A program made the translations under genes and the position numbers. The notes under the pieces were generated by a model. It had not been told where the DNA came from. It did not search any database and saw only the letters and a list, made by a program, of their open reading frames with translations. Shown piece after piece: positions 51,506 through 61,446 of a stretch of 64,000 nucleotides of DNA; within the stretch, counting starts at the first letter, position 1, and each line of letters begins with the position of its first letter. The stretch is taken from sequence record PP400785, one strand, 5' to 3'. This DNA is from Escherichia phage FL08.

Positions 51506-51730
51506 TTAAAATTGTGTTTTGCGACTAAATTGTTCATAGTGCTGAATTACCTCTCTCAAACACTTGCATGTGAATGAAAACTTTTTAGCTACACCACATT
51601 CAAATATATGTTCTCTTAAATCGCGTGTATCAGTATATCCCATCTCAACAATAAAATGCCGTATTAGATTTTTATCTTTATCATTGAGAGAATTAAAATA
51701 ATCAGATTTTGAATTAATTTCCCTGGCCAA
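51506..51730 (-). CDS. Hypothetical protein
   Basis: 74 aa; Cys-containing (CGVAKKFSFTCKC). Confidence 0.55.
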   Translation of the reverse strand: MAREINSKSDYFNSLNDKDKNLIRHFIVEMGYTDTRDLREHIFECGVAKKFSFTCKCLREVIQHYEQFSRKTQF

Positions 51731-52010
51731 ATTGAATCACCTTCAGTTGACGTTTTAACTCTTTTATCATCTCTTCGTTCATCGCAATATAAAGATCGCG
51801 TAAAGCAGGTTTTAGCATTCCATTTACCGGAGAACTAAATGGGCATACATAATCTTTTCCTACGAGCTTTTTGGTGAATTCCATATCACAGAACTTAAAT
51901 CCCGGCTCATTGGTATAAATTCCCCAATTAGTTGACATCATTTTATTAGCATATTCCAGTGCCTGGATTTGATTCATAATTCCATCAATTTGAAACTTTT
52001 TAATATTCAT
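51714..52010 (-). CDS. Hypothetical protein
   Basis: 98 aa. Confidence 0.55.
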   Translation of the reverse strand: MNIKKFQIDGIMNQIQALEYANKMMSTNWGIYTNEPGFKFCDMEFTKKLVGKDYVCPFSSPVNGMLKPALRDLYIAMNEEMIKELKRQLKVIQFGQGN

Positions 52011-52471
52011 TAGTAAAGGTCCTCAGAGTAAAGTTCTTTTTCACTACCACCACGTTCAATACGTACTTGTCCGGCATAAGTTGCAATAATCATTGCTTCT
52101 TCACGTGTCCAATAATTACTATATTGGTCAATAAATCCTTGGTCATCATCACAAACTTGTTGAGTAACTAATTGAGGTTTAACTACATCTAAAACTTCTG
52201 CCATATCTTTAGAATAATGACGAGCACCTGGAATAATAAGAGTTCGTCCATCTTTTAATTTAAAACGATTAGCTGCACAGACAATTCGTCGTTGATACTT
52301 TTGGTTTTCATCCCAATATGCAGTCTGCCAACAGATTTCAGGAACTTCTTTCAGAATATCTTCTTCTGTGCATTTATAACCATGCGCTTTAAATTTTTCA
52401 ACAAGACTTTCTGGAGTCTCACGAGATAAAGGAACATTCAGCATTTTTAAACGATTGATAAATGAGTTCAT
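52010..52471 (-). CDS. Hypothetical protein
   Basis: 153 aa; ATGA overlap with neighbour. Confidence 0.6.
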   Translation of the reverse strand: MNSFINRLKMLNVPLSRETPESLVEKFKAHGYKCTEEDILKEVPEICWQTAYWDENQKYQRRIVCAANRFKLKDGRTLIIPGARHYSKDMAEVLDVVKPQLVTQQVCDDDQGFIDQYSNYWTREEAMIIATYAGQVRIERGGSEKELYSEDLY

Positions 52472-52797
52472 TTAAACCATCCTTTAATACGCTGCCACAA
52501 AGTTTTCTGTTGAGCTTTGTTGACACCAATTGAGCGAATAACTGGTTGAGATTCCTGGAATTCTTTATAATCAGCAAGGTAAATTTCGTAAGCTGCATCC
52601 GTAAATGAACTTATCGCTGCCATAAAATTATTGCGAATACCTACTGGAGCATCTTTACTTTCACGAATAATCATGTATTTACCAGTCTTAATCTTTACGA
52701 TAGTTCCAAGATAAGCTCCATGGTACCAAATATCCCAACCCTCTTGAGTGGGTTCTGCGCAACGACGAAGTTCATTAACAATTTCTAACTTGTTCAT
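52468..52797 (-). CDS. Hypothetical protein
   Basis: 109 aa. Confidence 0.6.
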   Translation of the reverse strand: MNKLEIVNELRRCAEPTQEGWDIWYHGAYLGTIVKIKTGKYMIIRESKDAPVGIRNNFMAAISSFTDAAYEIYLADYKEFQESQPVIRSIGVNKAQQKTLWQRIKGWFK

Positions 52798-52807
52798 TAT
52801 TTATTCC

Positions 52808-53443
52808 TCACAGTTCAGATGCTACAGTGATTACTGCTTCAATGTTTTCTGCCGAGCGTTTAATGTCAAGATACACATTACCGTTTTTAGCGATTTTACA
52901 TGACATTCCGATATCAGTAAATTTCTGAATATGGTGTTCCATCATTTTGTATCCAAAAATTCGCATATTTCCATTGTTGTTAATTTCAAAATTACGAATT
53001 CCGTGAGTGCGTTTTTCTAAAATAGCGAGATAGTTACTGCGATAAGTTTCAACCTTTTTAAGAACAAATCCATTTTCATCTAAAAGTTTTAACATGAGGT
53101 CTTTATCTTCTTCCATATCAGAAGTAATCTCACGAGCTTTACGAGTTGCTCGTTTTTTCAGCAGTTCCGGAGCATTTTCTTGTGCGTATAAAGTTGCTGC
53201 ATTTGAAATAATATCCTGAGCTTCACCAGTAATGATTAATCCATCACCAGATTTCTCCACCAGGCCTTTTTTAATCAATACCCCAATATTACTATTAACT
53301 ACTGCGTTACCTAAATCTGGATGCACCTCACGAACTTCTGCAGCTGTAATGAAATCTTTCTTAGCAATAGTAATTAAAATCGCAGCAGTTTTTTCATTCA
53401 GAACATCGTTAGAAGCTTTGATGATGTAAGTTACTTTAGACAT
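52808..53443 (-). CDS. motA: MotA middle-transcription activator
   Basis: 211 aa; sequence matches T4 MotA; early promoter upstream. Confidence 0.93.
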   Translation of the reverse strand: MSKVTYIIKASNDVLNEKTAAILITIAKKDFITAAEVREVHPDLGNAVVNSNIGVLIKKGLVEKSGDGLIITGEAQDIISNAATLYAQENAPELLKKRATRKAREITSDMEEDKDLMLKLLDENGFVLKKVETYRSNYLAILEKRTHGIRNFEINNNGNMRIFGYKMMEHHIQKFTDIGMSCKIAKNGNVYLDIKRSAENIEAVITVASEL

Positions 53444-53484
53444 TTTCTAATCTCCGTAATTCTGTATCAGTAGTTGATAGTTGT

Positions 53485-53513
53485 ATAGTACCACAGTATG
53501 CTTTGGTTGTAAA
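53485..53513 (-). promoter_or_regulatory. Early promoter (TTTACA-N17-TGgTACTAT) upstream of motA
   Basis: Preceded by AAAAAATTTTT upstream element; directly follows minus-strand terminator. Confidence 0.65.
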
Positions 53514-53533
53514 CCGTTTTGTGAAAAAATTTT

Positions 53534-53564
53534 TAAAATAAAAAGGGAGAGCCGAGGCTCTCCC
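53534..53564 (-). terminator. Intrinsic terminator upstream of motA promoter
   Basis: GGGAGAGCC-GA-GGCTCTCCC followed by TTTTTATTTT on minus strand. Confidence 0.7.
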
Positions 53565-53569
53565 TAAAA

Positions 53570-53719
53570 TTACTGCATGACTGTGATAACTGTCATGATA
53601 ACACGTTGAATTCCGAACGCAAGAAGACCTCCTGCTACGGCTGGAACAACGCCTAAACCCGCCAGTAAAATGCTACCAGATACTAATGCAGCGCTTGTAA
53701 TACCTATGAATGGACTCAT
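53570..53719 (-). CDS. Small hydrophobic membrane protein
   Basis: 49 aa (MSPFIGITSAALVSGSILLAGLGVVPAVAGGLLAFGIQRVIMTVITVMQ), not in track; ATGA overlap with gene 52 stop; terminator downstream. Confidence 0.5.
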   Translation of the reverse strand: MSPFIGITSAALVSGSILLAGLGVVPAVAGGLLAFGIQRVIMTVITVMQ

Positions 53720-55044
53720 TTGATTTCCTCTAAATCTTTAGTGTATTCAGTAACTACATCAGTAGTTTTCCAATATTCGTTTTCTTCTTTTTTAGCTTTA
53801 GCTTCTTCAGCAAGTTTCTTCGCTTCATCGGAAGTCATATGAAAAATATTCATTCCAACTAGTTTATCAACATAAGAAGAATACATATCGATTTTCGAAA
53901 GTTCTTCGGTCAGTTCTTTACGAGTTTTACCCTGTACAACAATTTCACCTGAAATTACTTTCTTAATGAAATGTGCCTTGGCAAAGGCTAAACGAAATGC
54001 TGATTCAGTTTCTTTAATTTTGTTATCAATTCGTTTTTGGACATAAGTTTTACGAACTTCAACGAAGTCTTTAATTAAATCGACTACGTTATCGTAAACT
54101 TGTAGTTTTCCTTTCTCATTAATAACCGTAATATTCTGAGAACGACGCTCAATCAACCCGAAGTCTTTCATAATTTTTGCATGGCGTTCTTCTTCGTTAT
54201 CGCTCAAAGAGTATTCTTTGCGGAATTTAACTTTGAAGCCAAAACCATGCTCACCGCAAGCATCATCCCATGTAATGAAGCCTTTATCTTCAAGTGGGTC
54301 TAAGATTTTACTCACATAAGTTTCACGATCATACTTATATGGAATCTCAGTGATATGCATTTGAGTTCGTGAAGTAAACTTATATGTTCCACGAATTTCA
54401 TACTGCCCATCAATTTCAACAACTTCACCACGAAATTCTGGGAATTCTACCTTCGGTTTAGTTACTTTCTTTCCTTGAAGAGCTTGCAGTACAGCTTTCT
54501 TAATAGAAGAAACACTATGAGGAAGAATGTAAGTTGCATAACCAGTTGCAATACCGGAAACGCCATTAAGAAGAACAGTAGGAATAATAGGCAAATAGAA
54601 AGCAGGCGGAATGTGTTCTTTATCTTGATGTACTGGAGCATATTCAGTATCTTTATATACGTTATAGAAATTTTTACTTACACGAGCAAAAATATAACGA
54701 CTTGCTGCTGCTTTTTGAACGGTACGAGAACCAAAGTTTCCTTGACCATCTAACAGAGGAAAGTTATTATTCCAAGTATTAGCCATCAAAGCGCCTGCGT
54801 CTTGTGCAGAGTTTTCGCCATGGTGATATCCAAGGTCCGCTACACCACCTGCAATAGAAGCGAGTTTGTGAAACTTATCTTTATTTCCTCGTGCCAAATC
54901 AAGAGCTCGAGCAATAACAAATCGTTGAACTGGCTTAAATCCATCAATCATATTTGGAATGGCACGATTTTCAACCGTGTACATAGCATAAGCCAATGCT
55001 TCATTATCAATGATACTTTTTAAATCGCGATTATTCAGTTGCAT
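53716..55044 (-). CDS. 52: DNA topoisomerase II medium subunit gp52
   Basis: 442 aa; GyrA-like N-terminal domain with active-site Tyr region; T4 gp52 length. Confidence 0.93.
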   Translation of the reverse strand: MQLNNRDLKSIIDNEALAYAMYTVENRAIPNMIDGFKPVQRFVIARALDLARGNKDKFHKLASIAGGVADLGYHHGENSAQDAGALMANTWNNNFPLLDGQGNFGSRTVQKAAASRYIFARVSKNFYNVYKDTEYAPVHQDKEHIPPAFYLPIIPTVLLNGVSGIATGYATYILPHSVSSIKKAVLQALQGKKVTKPKVEFPEFRGEVVEIDGQYEIRGTYKFTSRTQMHITEIPYKYDRETYVSKILDPLEDKGFITWDDACGEHGFGFKVKFRKEYSLSDNEEERHAKIMKDFGLIERRSQNITVINEKGKLQVYDNVVDLIKDFVEVRKTYVQKRIDNKIKETESAFRLAFAKAHFIKKVISGEIVVQGKTRKELTEELSKIDMYSSYVDKLVGMNIFHMTSDEAKKLAEEAKAKKEENEYWKTTDVVTEYTKDLEEIK

Positions 55045-55048
55045 AAAT

Positions 55049-55189
55049 TTACCATACTAGTGAATGTAGTGCCATAATAACATCAGAAATGAAAAGCACG
55101 ACTTGAATTAATCCGAACATTACTCCATAATATAGTGCTACCAATAAAGCAGCAAGGGCTAATGAATAGCCCAAGATTTTCTTAATCAT
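55049..55189 (-). CDS. Small hydrophobic membrane protein
   Basis: 46 aa (MIKKILGYSLALAALLVALYYGVMFGLIQVVLFISDVIMALHSLVW), not in track; overlaps ac stop. Confidence 0.45.
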   Translation of the reverse strand: MIKKILGYSLALAALLVALYYGVMFGLIQVVLFISDVIMALHSLVW

Positions 55190-55337
55190 TAGATAACAAC
55201 ACAAATGTTAAATATGCACACATACCCTGGGCTAAAGCTTGTGAAAACACACTGCTAGCATCGATACAGATAGTTAAAACACATGCTACTATCCAACAAA
55301 TAAATGAAATAACTCCTAATAATTTTGCGATATTCAT
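55182..55337 (-). CDS. ac: Ac (acridine sensitivity) small membrane protein
   Basis: 51 aa hydrophobic ORF with GAGG SD between 52 and stp; size matches T4 Ac. Confidence 0.6.
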   Translation of the reverse strand: MNIAKLLGVISFICWIVACVLTICIDASSVFSQALAQGMCAYLTFVLLSND

Positions 55338-55344
55338 ATTTTCC

Positions 55345-55425
55345 TCACTGGCGTCCGAAGACGCCTTTAGTTTTAAGATTATTACGATAGAACTGCATCA
55401 CATGTTCGTTATGGAAATTACTCAT
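55345..55425 (-). CDS. stp: Stp peptide (activator of host PrrC anticodon nuclease)
   Basis: 26 aa [26 protein letters not shown], matching the T4 Stp peptide as I recall it; start overlaps ndd stop (TAATG). Confidence 0.85.
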
Positions 55426-55883
55426 TAATATGCCTGCAAAACAAATTTAAAGTTATCAGCCAACATACGGTTCATTTCTTCAAGTGTTTGATACTCAGAA
55501 TGATGATTACGAGTAAACGCTAAAGCTAACTGTCCTTTTCCAAATCCCGTCGTCAGAGGTTTCATCTTAGAAGCAGGCAGATAAAATACTGTGTATGGAA
55601 CATTGTTATTTGCAATAGTACGTGCAAGCTGAGACCGACGTTGACGAATATGACTTAGAACTGCACTGAATCCTTGCTTAGAACGCTGATTACCTACATA
55701 AAATCGTGCTGACACACATGGATTACTAAATGGACGACCATCTAATTTACTTACTAAAAAGTAAAATCCAGGTTTAGATAAAATATCTTTATGCGGAGTT
55801 CCCAAAAACCACTCACCACCCTTGATTGTACCAATAACAGTAGCGCCTGCATTATTCAGATCAGTAACAGTCATGTATTTCAT
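55425..55883 (-). CDS. ndd: Ndd nucleoid disruption protein
   Basis: 152 aa from [18 protein letters not shown] (track ORF trimmed); matches T4 Ndd. Confidence 0.9.
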
Positions 55884-55941
55884 ATTAATTTCCTCTAAAT
55901 TATTTTCTACTCCAAGGCCGCATGAATACGCAGCCATTAAA

Positions 55942-56157
55942 TTAATCGTCGCAGTCGACGCTCAATTCCCAAAACTCTTCTACTGTATAAGTTTCAGTAT
56001 CATTTTCAATACAGAAACGTTCATTACTATTATTTGCTAAAGTAGCATTAACTGTCGGTTTCTCGCTAGTGCTCTTAAGAGGTGAAATACGAATTAACTG
56101 ATCACCGTTATCTAAACAGAAAATTTCACCAACTTTTACATCTTTAAAACTTTTCAT
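55942..56157 (-). CDS. Hypothetical protein
   Basis: 71 aa. Confidence 0.55.
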   Translation of the reverse strand: MKSFKDVKVGEIFCLDNGDQLIRISPLKSTSEKPTVNATLANNSNERFCIENDTETYTVEEFWELSVDCDD

Positions 56158-56272
56158 AATTCACCTCAAGGAGTATAAAATCCAAATGCAGTTGTTGACC
56201 ATCCCATCCAATATGGGAAATTTGCACCAATGTAAAACATGAGAATATAAAACCAACCACTCAGCAAATTCA

Positions 56273-56470
56273 TCATTTTACACCATTCCAAATTGTTTCA
56301 ACCACAGATTTTAAACCATTTTGATGAATATCCATTCCGACTACCGCCATCAAATAGATTCCAACTACAACTGAACCTAAGGCAAAAATCAGCATGAAAA
56401 TGAATAAAGCCGGAAAAATATTATCGAAAAACCATTCAATAAATGTAAAAGCACTGCGTTTACGCTTCAT
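56273..56470 (-). CDS. Small membrane protein
   Basis: 65 aa from MKRKRSAFTF (SD GAGGAAAAT); hydrophobic core FPALFIFMLIFALGSVVVGIYLMAVV. Confidence 0.5.
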   Translation of the reverse strand: MKRKRSAFTFIEWFFDNIFPALFIFMLIFALGSVVVGIYLMAVVGMDIHQNGLKSVVETIWNGVK

Positions 56471-56477
56471 ATTTTCC

Positions 56478-56591
56478 TCACATAAATCCAAAGTAAACGT
56501 TTAATACATCAATCATTAAAACGATTGGGAATATACTCAAAACTACTAGTATTATAACTACATTCCATATAGCTTTAATAATCTTTTTCAT
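56478..56591 (-). CDS. Small membrane protein
   Basis: 37 aa from MKKIIKAIWNVVIILVVLSIF; GGAGG SD; early promoter at 56619-56647 lies inside the longer track ORF, so the track ORF is trimmed. Confidence 0.5.
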   Translation of the reverse strand: MKKIIKAIWNVVIILVVLSIFPIVLMIDVLNVYFGFM

Positions 56592-56618
56592 TTCTGTTCC
56601 TCCGTAGTTGATAGGGTA

Positions 56619-56647
56619 ATAGTACCACGGAAGAACAGTCTTGTAAA
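56619..56647 (-). promoter_or_regulatory. Early promoter (TTTACA-N17-TGgTACTAT)
   Basis: Same conserved -10 context GTGGTACTAT as other early promoters in window. Confidence 0.55.
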
Positions 56648-56655
56648 CAACTTTT

Positions 56656-56754
56656 TTAAAAATATTCGTAATAAATGTGAATACCAACTACTACCGCTGA
56701 AACCTGTGCAACCCACCACGCACAAGCAATAAGTACAGAATTCAAAATTTTCAT
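56656..56754 (-). CDS. Tiny hydrophobic peptide
   Basis: 32 aa MKILNSVLIACAWWVAQVSAVVVGIHIYYEYF; GAGG SD; overlaps upstream tiny ORF. Confidence 0.4.
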   Translation of the reverse strand: MKILNSVLIACAWWVAQVSAVVVGIHIYYEYF

Positions 56755-56835
56755 AATAACCTCATCACAAAAGTAAATGTTAAACAAATTACTGGAATAC
56801 TAATTAACCAAACAAAACACCACCATAATGAACTC
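56749..56835 (-). CDS. Tiny hydrophobic peptide
   Basis: 28 aa MSSLWWCFVWLISIPVICLTFTFVMRLL; ATGA overlap with upstream gene stop. Confidence 0.4.
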
Positions 56836-57097
56836 ATAGTTCAATCTCAGCGATTTTCATTTCATTACTATTAATAGCCTCTTTAAGACTATCTGAAAGA
56901 ATTACATCCCAGTGGTCATTCATATGACCATTAACTAAGCGTGTAATTTCTTCAGGAGTTGAAAAATAAGGCTGATCAGACTCCCAATGCGATAATCCTA
57001 AGCGAGTATAAATCATGCCTTCATCATCACTAGAATATTCAACTGACACAAACTCATCAGTTATTTTATGCTTAGCATAATAAAATTTAAATTTCAT
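56834..57097 (-). CDS. Hypothetical protein
   Basis: 87 aa from MKFKFYYAKHK (GGAGAG SD); track ORF trimmed because early promoter 57132-57160 lies within its 5' part. Confidence 0.55.
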   Translation of the reverse strand: MKFKFYYAKHKITDEFVSVEYSSDDEGMIYTRLGLSHWESDQPYFSTPEEITRLVNGHMNDHWDVILSDSLKEAINSNEMKIAEIEL

Positions 57098-57131
57098 TTT
57101 ACTCTCCAAATCCGTATCAGTTGATAGTTGT

Positions 57132-57160
57132 ATAGTACCACGGTCCTTGTGGTATGTAAA
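57132..57160 (-). promoter_or_regulatory. Early promoter (TTTACA-N17-TGgTACTAT) with spacer inverted repeat TACCAC/GTGGTA
   Basis: Upstream of the 87-aa ORF; downstream of denB. Confidence 0.6.
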
Positions 57161-57177
57161 CTGTTTTGTGAAATTTT

Positions 57178-57735
57178 TTAAATGGAAAGATACCATCCGT
57201 TGTAGTTGCTTTTTCTTACAACCTTACGAAGGTCTTCTCTGTCACCGATGAACTTCGGAGTGTACTGGATGACACCTGGATGAATTTCTTTAGTGTTGAA
57301 TATAATTATACAGTCGGCGACTTGATGATTTAGAATGGGCCCTAGATTTATTCCAGAACCGTATGGATACTCTCCGCTGCATCCTGTTGTTACAGAAATC
57401 CAACGTGAGTCAGTTTGGTGTGTCTTAACTTCTACACGAAGCCCACAGTATCTTGGATGCGCCAATACATCCCATGCGTATGTATACGGGTCATTAACAT
57501 CCTCTTGGCCTTTATTAACATACCCGCTTAGCCAATCTGCCACAAAAAACTCTGCGTACACAGCGATACGGCATCTTTCGATAACTTCTGCCTTATCCTG
57601 ATTTGGGTTCTGTTTTAAAGAGTATCTTGCAGTATCAGCAATTTTGACCTTCATTTCATTGGTTAAATCGCTGTTCGATAGAGTAAATGACGGAATCTGA
57701 AATAGTCTCTGTAACCCAGGATTTGTTTTCTGCAT
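57178..57735 (-). CDS. denB: Endonuclease IV (dC-specific)
   Basis: 185 aa; matches T4 DenB length and sequence as I recall it. Confidence 0.88.
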   Translation of the reverse strand: MQKTNPGLQRLFQIPSFTLSNSDLTNEMKVKIADTARYSLKQNPNQDKAEVIERCRIAVYAEFFVADWLSGYVNKGQEDVNDPYTYAWDVLAHPRYCGLRVEVKTHQTDSRWISVTTGCSGEYPYGSGINLGPILNHQVADCIIIFNTKEIHPGVIQYTPKFIGDREDLRKVVRKSNYNGWYLSI

Positions 57736-57802
57736 TTAAACTTTCCTTTTATGTCTGAATCACCGATATTCATACAATAAATCATAATTTTTCCTTAAAA
57801 CA

Positions 57803-57820
57803 AAAGGGCCGAAGCCCTTT
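57803..57820. terminator. Bidirectional hairpin terminator candidate
   Basis: AAAGGGCCGAAGCCCTTT with T-rich tracts on both sides; near-identical hairpin at 58038-58053. Confidence 0.5.
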
Positions 57821-57823
57821 ATT

Positions 57824-58018
57824 TTACTTGAATTGTGCAATTCTTTTCTCTAGACATTCAGCATAAGATTTCATTGAGATGAACTGCGAAAGTAACAGTT
57901 CTTGCTCAACTGCGTTAACTGTTAGAAACTTTGCGCTTTCTAAAAATTTACTCAGTGCATTAATTTTGAGCATTAATTGATCGTATTCTTCTTTTACTCG
58001 TGCTTGATAACCTAACAT
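57824..58018 (-). CDS. Hypothetical coiled-coil protein
   Basis: 64 aa; flanked by identical GGGCCGAAGCCC hairpins. Confidence 0.55.
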   Translation of the reverse strand: MLGYQARVKEEYDQLMLKINALSKFLESAKFLTVNAVEQELLLSQFISMKSYAECLEKRIAQFK

Positions 58019-58050
58019 AATTTTCCTTAATGTGATAAGGGCCGAAGCCC

Positions 58051-58989
58051 TTATTTAAATTGTTCAGTAACGTCTTCAACTACTTCGTATTGGCAGGTAC
58101 GCATTTTAGCATCGTTGTAATCAATCGGAATTGATACTACATCACGAGGATGAACTTTAACTTTTACAACTCGGCTGGTTGAACTACCAAAGTGACGAAT
58201 ATAAGATTTAGAACACACATGTAGACCACGAGAACAAGTTTGTGTATCATCGTCATTCACACGAGTACGTGGCATTTTAACTACTTTACCCGGACTGTTA
58301 TCAAAGGTATTTGAGTGACAGTCAAAGTAATTGCTGCGAACTACTTTCCAAGCATAGAAGTAACCATCTTCTGTAATTTCAATATCGTTTGCTACCAAGA
58401 AATCAAAGAGTCGAGATACCGCTTTTTGGCTTGGGTTTTCCAACAGATTTTCCAAGAACGGAAAATAAAATTCAAAGTTTTCGCCTTTTTCCATCGAGTC
58501 AAGAATACGATCAACCAAACCAGACCGCAATTCAATATTTTGATAGAACAAGCTTCCACCTTCAATTCGAACATCGCCGGAAATATATTTTTCAACAGCA
58601 CGACGAACATTAATTTTTTGTGCCGCTTCTTCCAACTTGTCCGCTACAAGCAGATTAAGAATTTCCTGGAAGTTTGAATGAGTATTAGGAGTTGCGTTAT
58701 AAGTTACACCGTCAACAGTAATTGAAATGAATTTTTTAGATGCATTCCAAATAATGTCAGATTTAGCAACTGTAGCAATAACTGCATCGCTATTAACTTT
58801 AACTGTAATATCACCGCTAATAGTAACTTTAGGGTGTTTAGCTTCTTCAGCATTTTTCAAAACACGACGGATTGTGTCAACCGATACACCTTGCCAATCA
58901 GCCAATTCCTGTTGGGTATAATTACCACTTGAATACAGTTTAACAATTTCAGCTTGTTCGTTTTTGGTCAGGCATTTAATATTGTACAT
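58051..58989 (-). CDS. rIIB: rIIB protein
   Basis: 312 aa; synteny with rIIA; T4 rIIB length. Confidence 0.92.
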   Translation of the reverse strand: MYNIKCLTKNEQAEIVKLYSSGNYTQQELADWQGVSVDTIRRVLKNAEEAKHPKVTISGDITVKVNSDAVIATVAKSDIIWNASKKFISITVDGVTYNATPNTHSNFQEILNLLVADKLEEAAQKINVRRAVEKYISGDVRIEGGSLFYQNIELRSGLVDRILDSMEKGENFEFYFPFLENLLENPSQKAVSRLFDFLVANDIEITEDGYFYAWKVVRSNYFDCHSNTFDNSPGKVVKMPRTRVNDDDTQTCSRGLHVCSKSYIRHFGSSTSRVVKVKVHPRDVVSIPIDYNDAKMRTCQYEVVEDVTEQFK

Positions 58990-59000
58990 AATTTTCCTTA

Positions 59001-61178
59001 TTAGGCCGCAAGGGCCTTCATAGTTTTAGCGATTTGAGAAACTTCATCATCACTTAAAGAGTTGCGATATCCGATGAAGTCGGAAACAATACGGAATTTC
59101 TTGGTAAACTCAGCAACCATTTTATCACTGTTTTTTGAAGCATTATTTGATAATACATCAAAAAGATTAGTTACTGTCCAGATGTCATGACCGATAGTAT
59201 CTTTTCCACCATTAAAATATACACCCTGTAATGAACTAACCATATTAGCGAGTCGTGTATATTCTTCAGAAACTTCATCTACACTGAAGTACTTCATCAT
59301 AAAATCTAATTCAGGATACTTGATAATTTTATCAATATATCGTTTAGCTGAACTTGAATAACCTACATACTTATCATAATCTACATCATCAAAAGCATCT
59401 ACATATAAATCACGCAAAGCTTCAAAAATGCATTGGCACTGACCGAGTTCTTTTACCTTTTTCTGTAAAAGCGGACGAATAACATAAAATTCATTAATGC
59501 CAATAAGATTAGCCATACGAATCAAAATATTCATAGATGGATGACAAAGAGATGTAGTACCATCCATAGAGAAAATATCAGAACGATGCATATACGCTAC
59601 ATAACCAGTAATTTCATCTGCTTCTGACGTAAGTGTAAACAGTTCCTCTTTTTCCCAACGCCCGTCTTTAATTTCAAATTTAAATGCTGTAGCAGCTTTA
59701 GGACGAGGAGCTTTACTTTTAACTACCTTTGGAATATAGCTTTTAACTAAAGCTTCAATTTCTGACAAATAATGAATGTTAACTTCATCACTTTCAAACA
59801 TCGCCATAATATCAGGAAGCAAATCAATCTGCGATTCTACTTCTGGATTAATAAACAGAAGACGTTCGTTATGATGAATATTCAGAGTGTTATTAAATTC
59901 ACTATCATCTAATGCACGTGCTAATCCACGGACAATATTAACACGATTTTTAATATTATCAATAACGATATTAATTTTTGTTGTATTAATACCAAACAGA
60001 CGATAACTTGATGCAACGGCTGAAGTTTCATGACTTTGTTTAATGCGCTTCAGTCGAGGGTCAAGATTTACTTCATACACAACCCCTGCATTACATAACT
60101 TACTGTCAGGTTCAAACATACTCTGCATCTTCTTATATGACAGATTTTTAGTCGTGAATTTGACTGAATTACTAATCATATAATCTCGAGCAGAATACCC
60201 CATCTTCATCAATTCACGATATGTGTGACGAGGAGATGTAGATTCTTTAAATCGTTTTACATCTTCATTGAATGCCTTTTCACTAAGTTCTTTAACTCGC
60301 TCAATAATATTTTTACGAGTACGATCATCAAGTGAAAGAGCCTCGCGAGATGGAGCAATATCCAGTGAACCCATTGGAAACTTAATGTAATTCACTTCAT
60401 TGCGAATGCTTAACCAGTTGCGGTCTCTAATAACACCATCAATAGGATAAACAATACCACCATAGATAGCATATAATCCACCACGATCAGGCCAGTATCT
60501 TTCTGGATTTACACCGTAATAATCATCAAAATCCGGAAAATAGTCAATTTCACGGTCAAGACCATTAATGATAGCCAAATCTTTGAACGGTCGCATGATA
60601 TAAGAAACTTCATAAGCAAAGTTTCTAAAGTCTTTTTCTTCAACTGGAACTACGATTTCAATACCAGTTTTATCATCTGGACCCATTTCTTTTACGAATG
60701 TAGGTTTAATCTGTGGGCCATCACCATCCATGTAAGCTACATAACCACGAATTTCACCTTTATGATACGAAGTAATACTAAACGTATCAGTATAACTAAA
60801 CGGAGATTTAGAACCTAAACCAAATCCGCCAATAAAGTCATTAGATTCAGCTTTAGATGAACTGAAGTATGAATTATACAACCCAGGAGAATTATCATCA
60901 CCTTGAATATCAAAATCACTCATACCCGGACCAAAATCTCGACAAACAAATCGTGGATCTAAACGTCCAGGAACTTGTATGATAAATTTTTCAGGATTTC
61001 CATTGAGAGCATGGGCATCAATCATGTTGGTAATCAATTCACGAACTACTGCGCGAATCTTGTTTGTATACAAATCAGACGACAGAATTTTAAATACTTT
61101 AGGAGATGCTGTGATGCTAAATGCTTTTGATTTAGAACCATTACCAAGAATTGTTTCTTTTTCAGTGGTGATAATCAT
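59001..61178 (-). CDS. rIIA: rIIA protein
   Basis: 725 aa; N-terminal GHKL-type ATPase-like region; T4 rIIA length. Confidence 0.93.
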   Translation of the reverse strand: MIITTEKETILGNGSKSKAFSITASPKVFKILSSDLYTNKIRAVVRELITNMIDAHALNGNPEKFIIQVPGRLDPRFVCRDFGPGMSDFDIQGDDNSPGLYNSYFSSSKAESNDFIGGFGLGSKSPFSYTDTFSITSYHKGEIRGYVAYMDGDGPQIKPTFVKEMGPDDKTGIEIVVPVEEKDFRNFAYEVSYIMRPFKDLAIINGLDREIDYFPDFDDYYGVNPERYWPDRGGLYAIYGGIVYPIDGVIRDRNWLSIRNEVNYIKFPMGSLDIAPSREALSLDDRTRKNIIERVKELSEKAFNEDVKRFKESTSPRHTYRELMKMGYSARDYMISNSVKFTTKNLSYKKMQSMFEPDSKLCNAGVVYEVNLDPRLKRIKQSHETSAVASSYRLFGINTTKINIVIDNIKNRVNIVRGLARALDDSEFNNTLNIHHNERLLFINPEVESQIDLLPDIMAMFESDEVNIHYLSEIEALVKSYIPKVVKSKAPRPKAATAFKFEIKDGRWEKEELFTLTSEADEITGYVAYMHRSDIFSMDGTTSLCHPSMNILIRMANLIGINEFYVIRPLLQKKVKELGQCQCIFEALRDLYVDAFDDVDYDKYVGYSSSAKRYIDKIIKYPELDFMMKYFSVDEVSEEYTRLANMVSSLQGVYFNGGKDTIGHDIWTVTNLFDVLSNNASKNSDKMVAEFTKKFRIVSDFIGYRNSLSDDEVSQIAKTMKALAA

Positions 61179-61188
61179 AATTTCCTCA

Positions 61189-61392
61189 TTAATTCATATT
61201 ACGCTTAATAACTTCAGCAACTTCTAGTAGTTCATCTTTAGTTGCGGTGTCGGATTGAATTTTATCTCTAATATCTTTAAAGCGGTTTTTAAATTCTTCG
61301 GCTTCTCCCATATCGAAAAAGCGTTGAATGATTCTATATTCTCGATGAACTGCTTTATCAAAAAGTTCTAAATTTACTTTATATGATTTCAT
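61189..61392 (-). CDS. Hypothetical protein (rIIA.1 position)
   Basis: 67 aa; GAGGA SD; early promoter at 61418-61446. Confidence 0.6.
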   Translation of the reverse strand: MKSYKVNLELFDKAVHREYRIIQRFFDMGEAEEFKNRFKDIRDKIQSDTATKDELLEVAEVIKRNMN

Positions 61393-61417
61393 TTCAATAT
61401 CCTCATTTGCCCAATTA

Positions 61418-61446
61418 ATTATACCACATCCTTGTGGTAAAGTAAA
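61418..61446 (-). promoter_or_regulatory. Early promoter (TTTACT-N17-TATAAT) with spacer inverted repeat TACCAC/GTGGTA
   Basis: Upstream of rIIA.1-like ORF and rIIA. Confidence 0.6.

Noticed and set aside
58315-58677. 120-aa plus-strand ORF (and nested 58389-58613) antisense to rIIB
   Set aside because: Antisense within rIIB; no regulatory signals.
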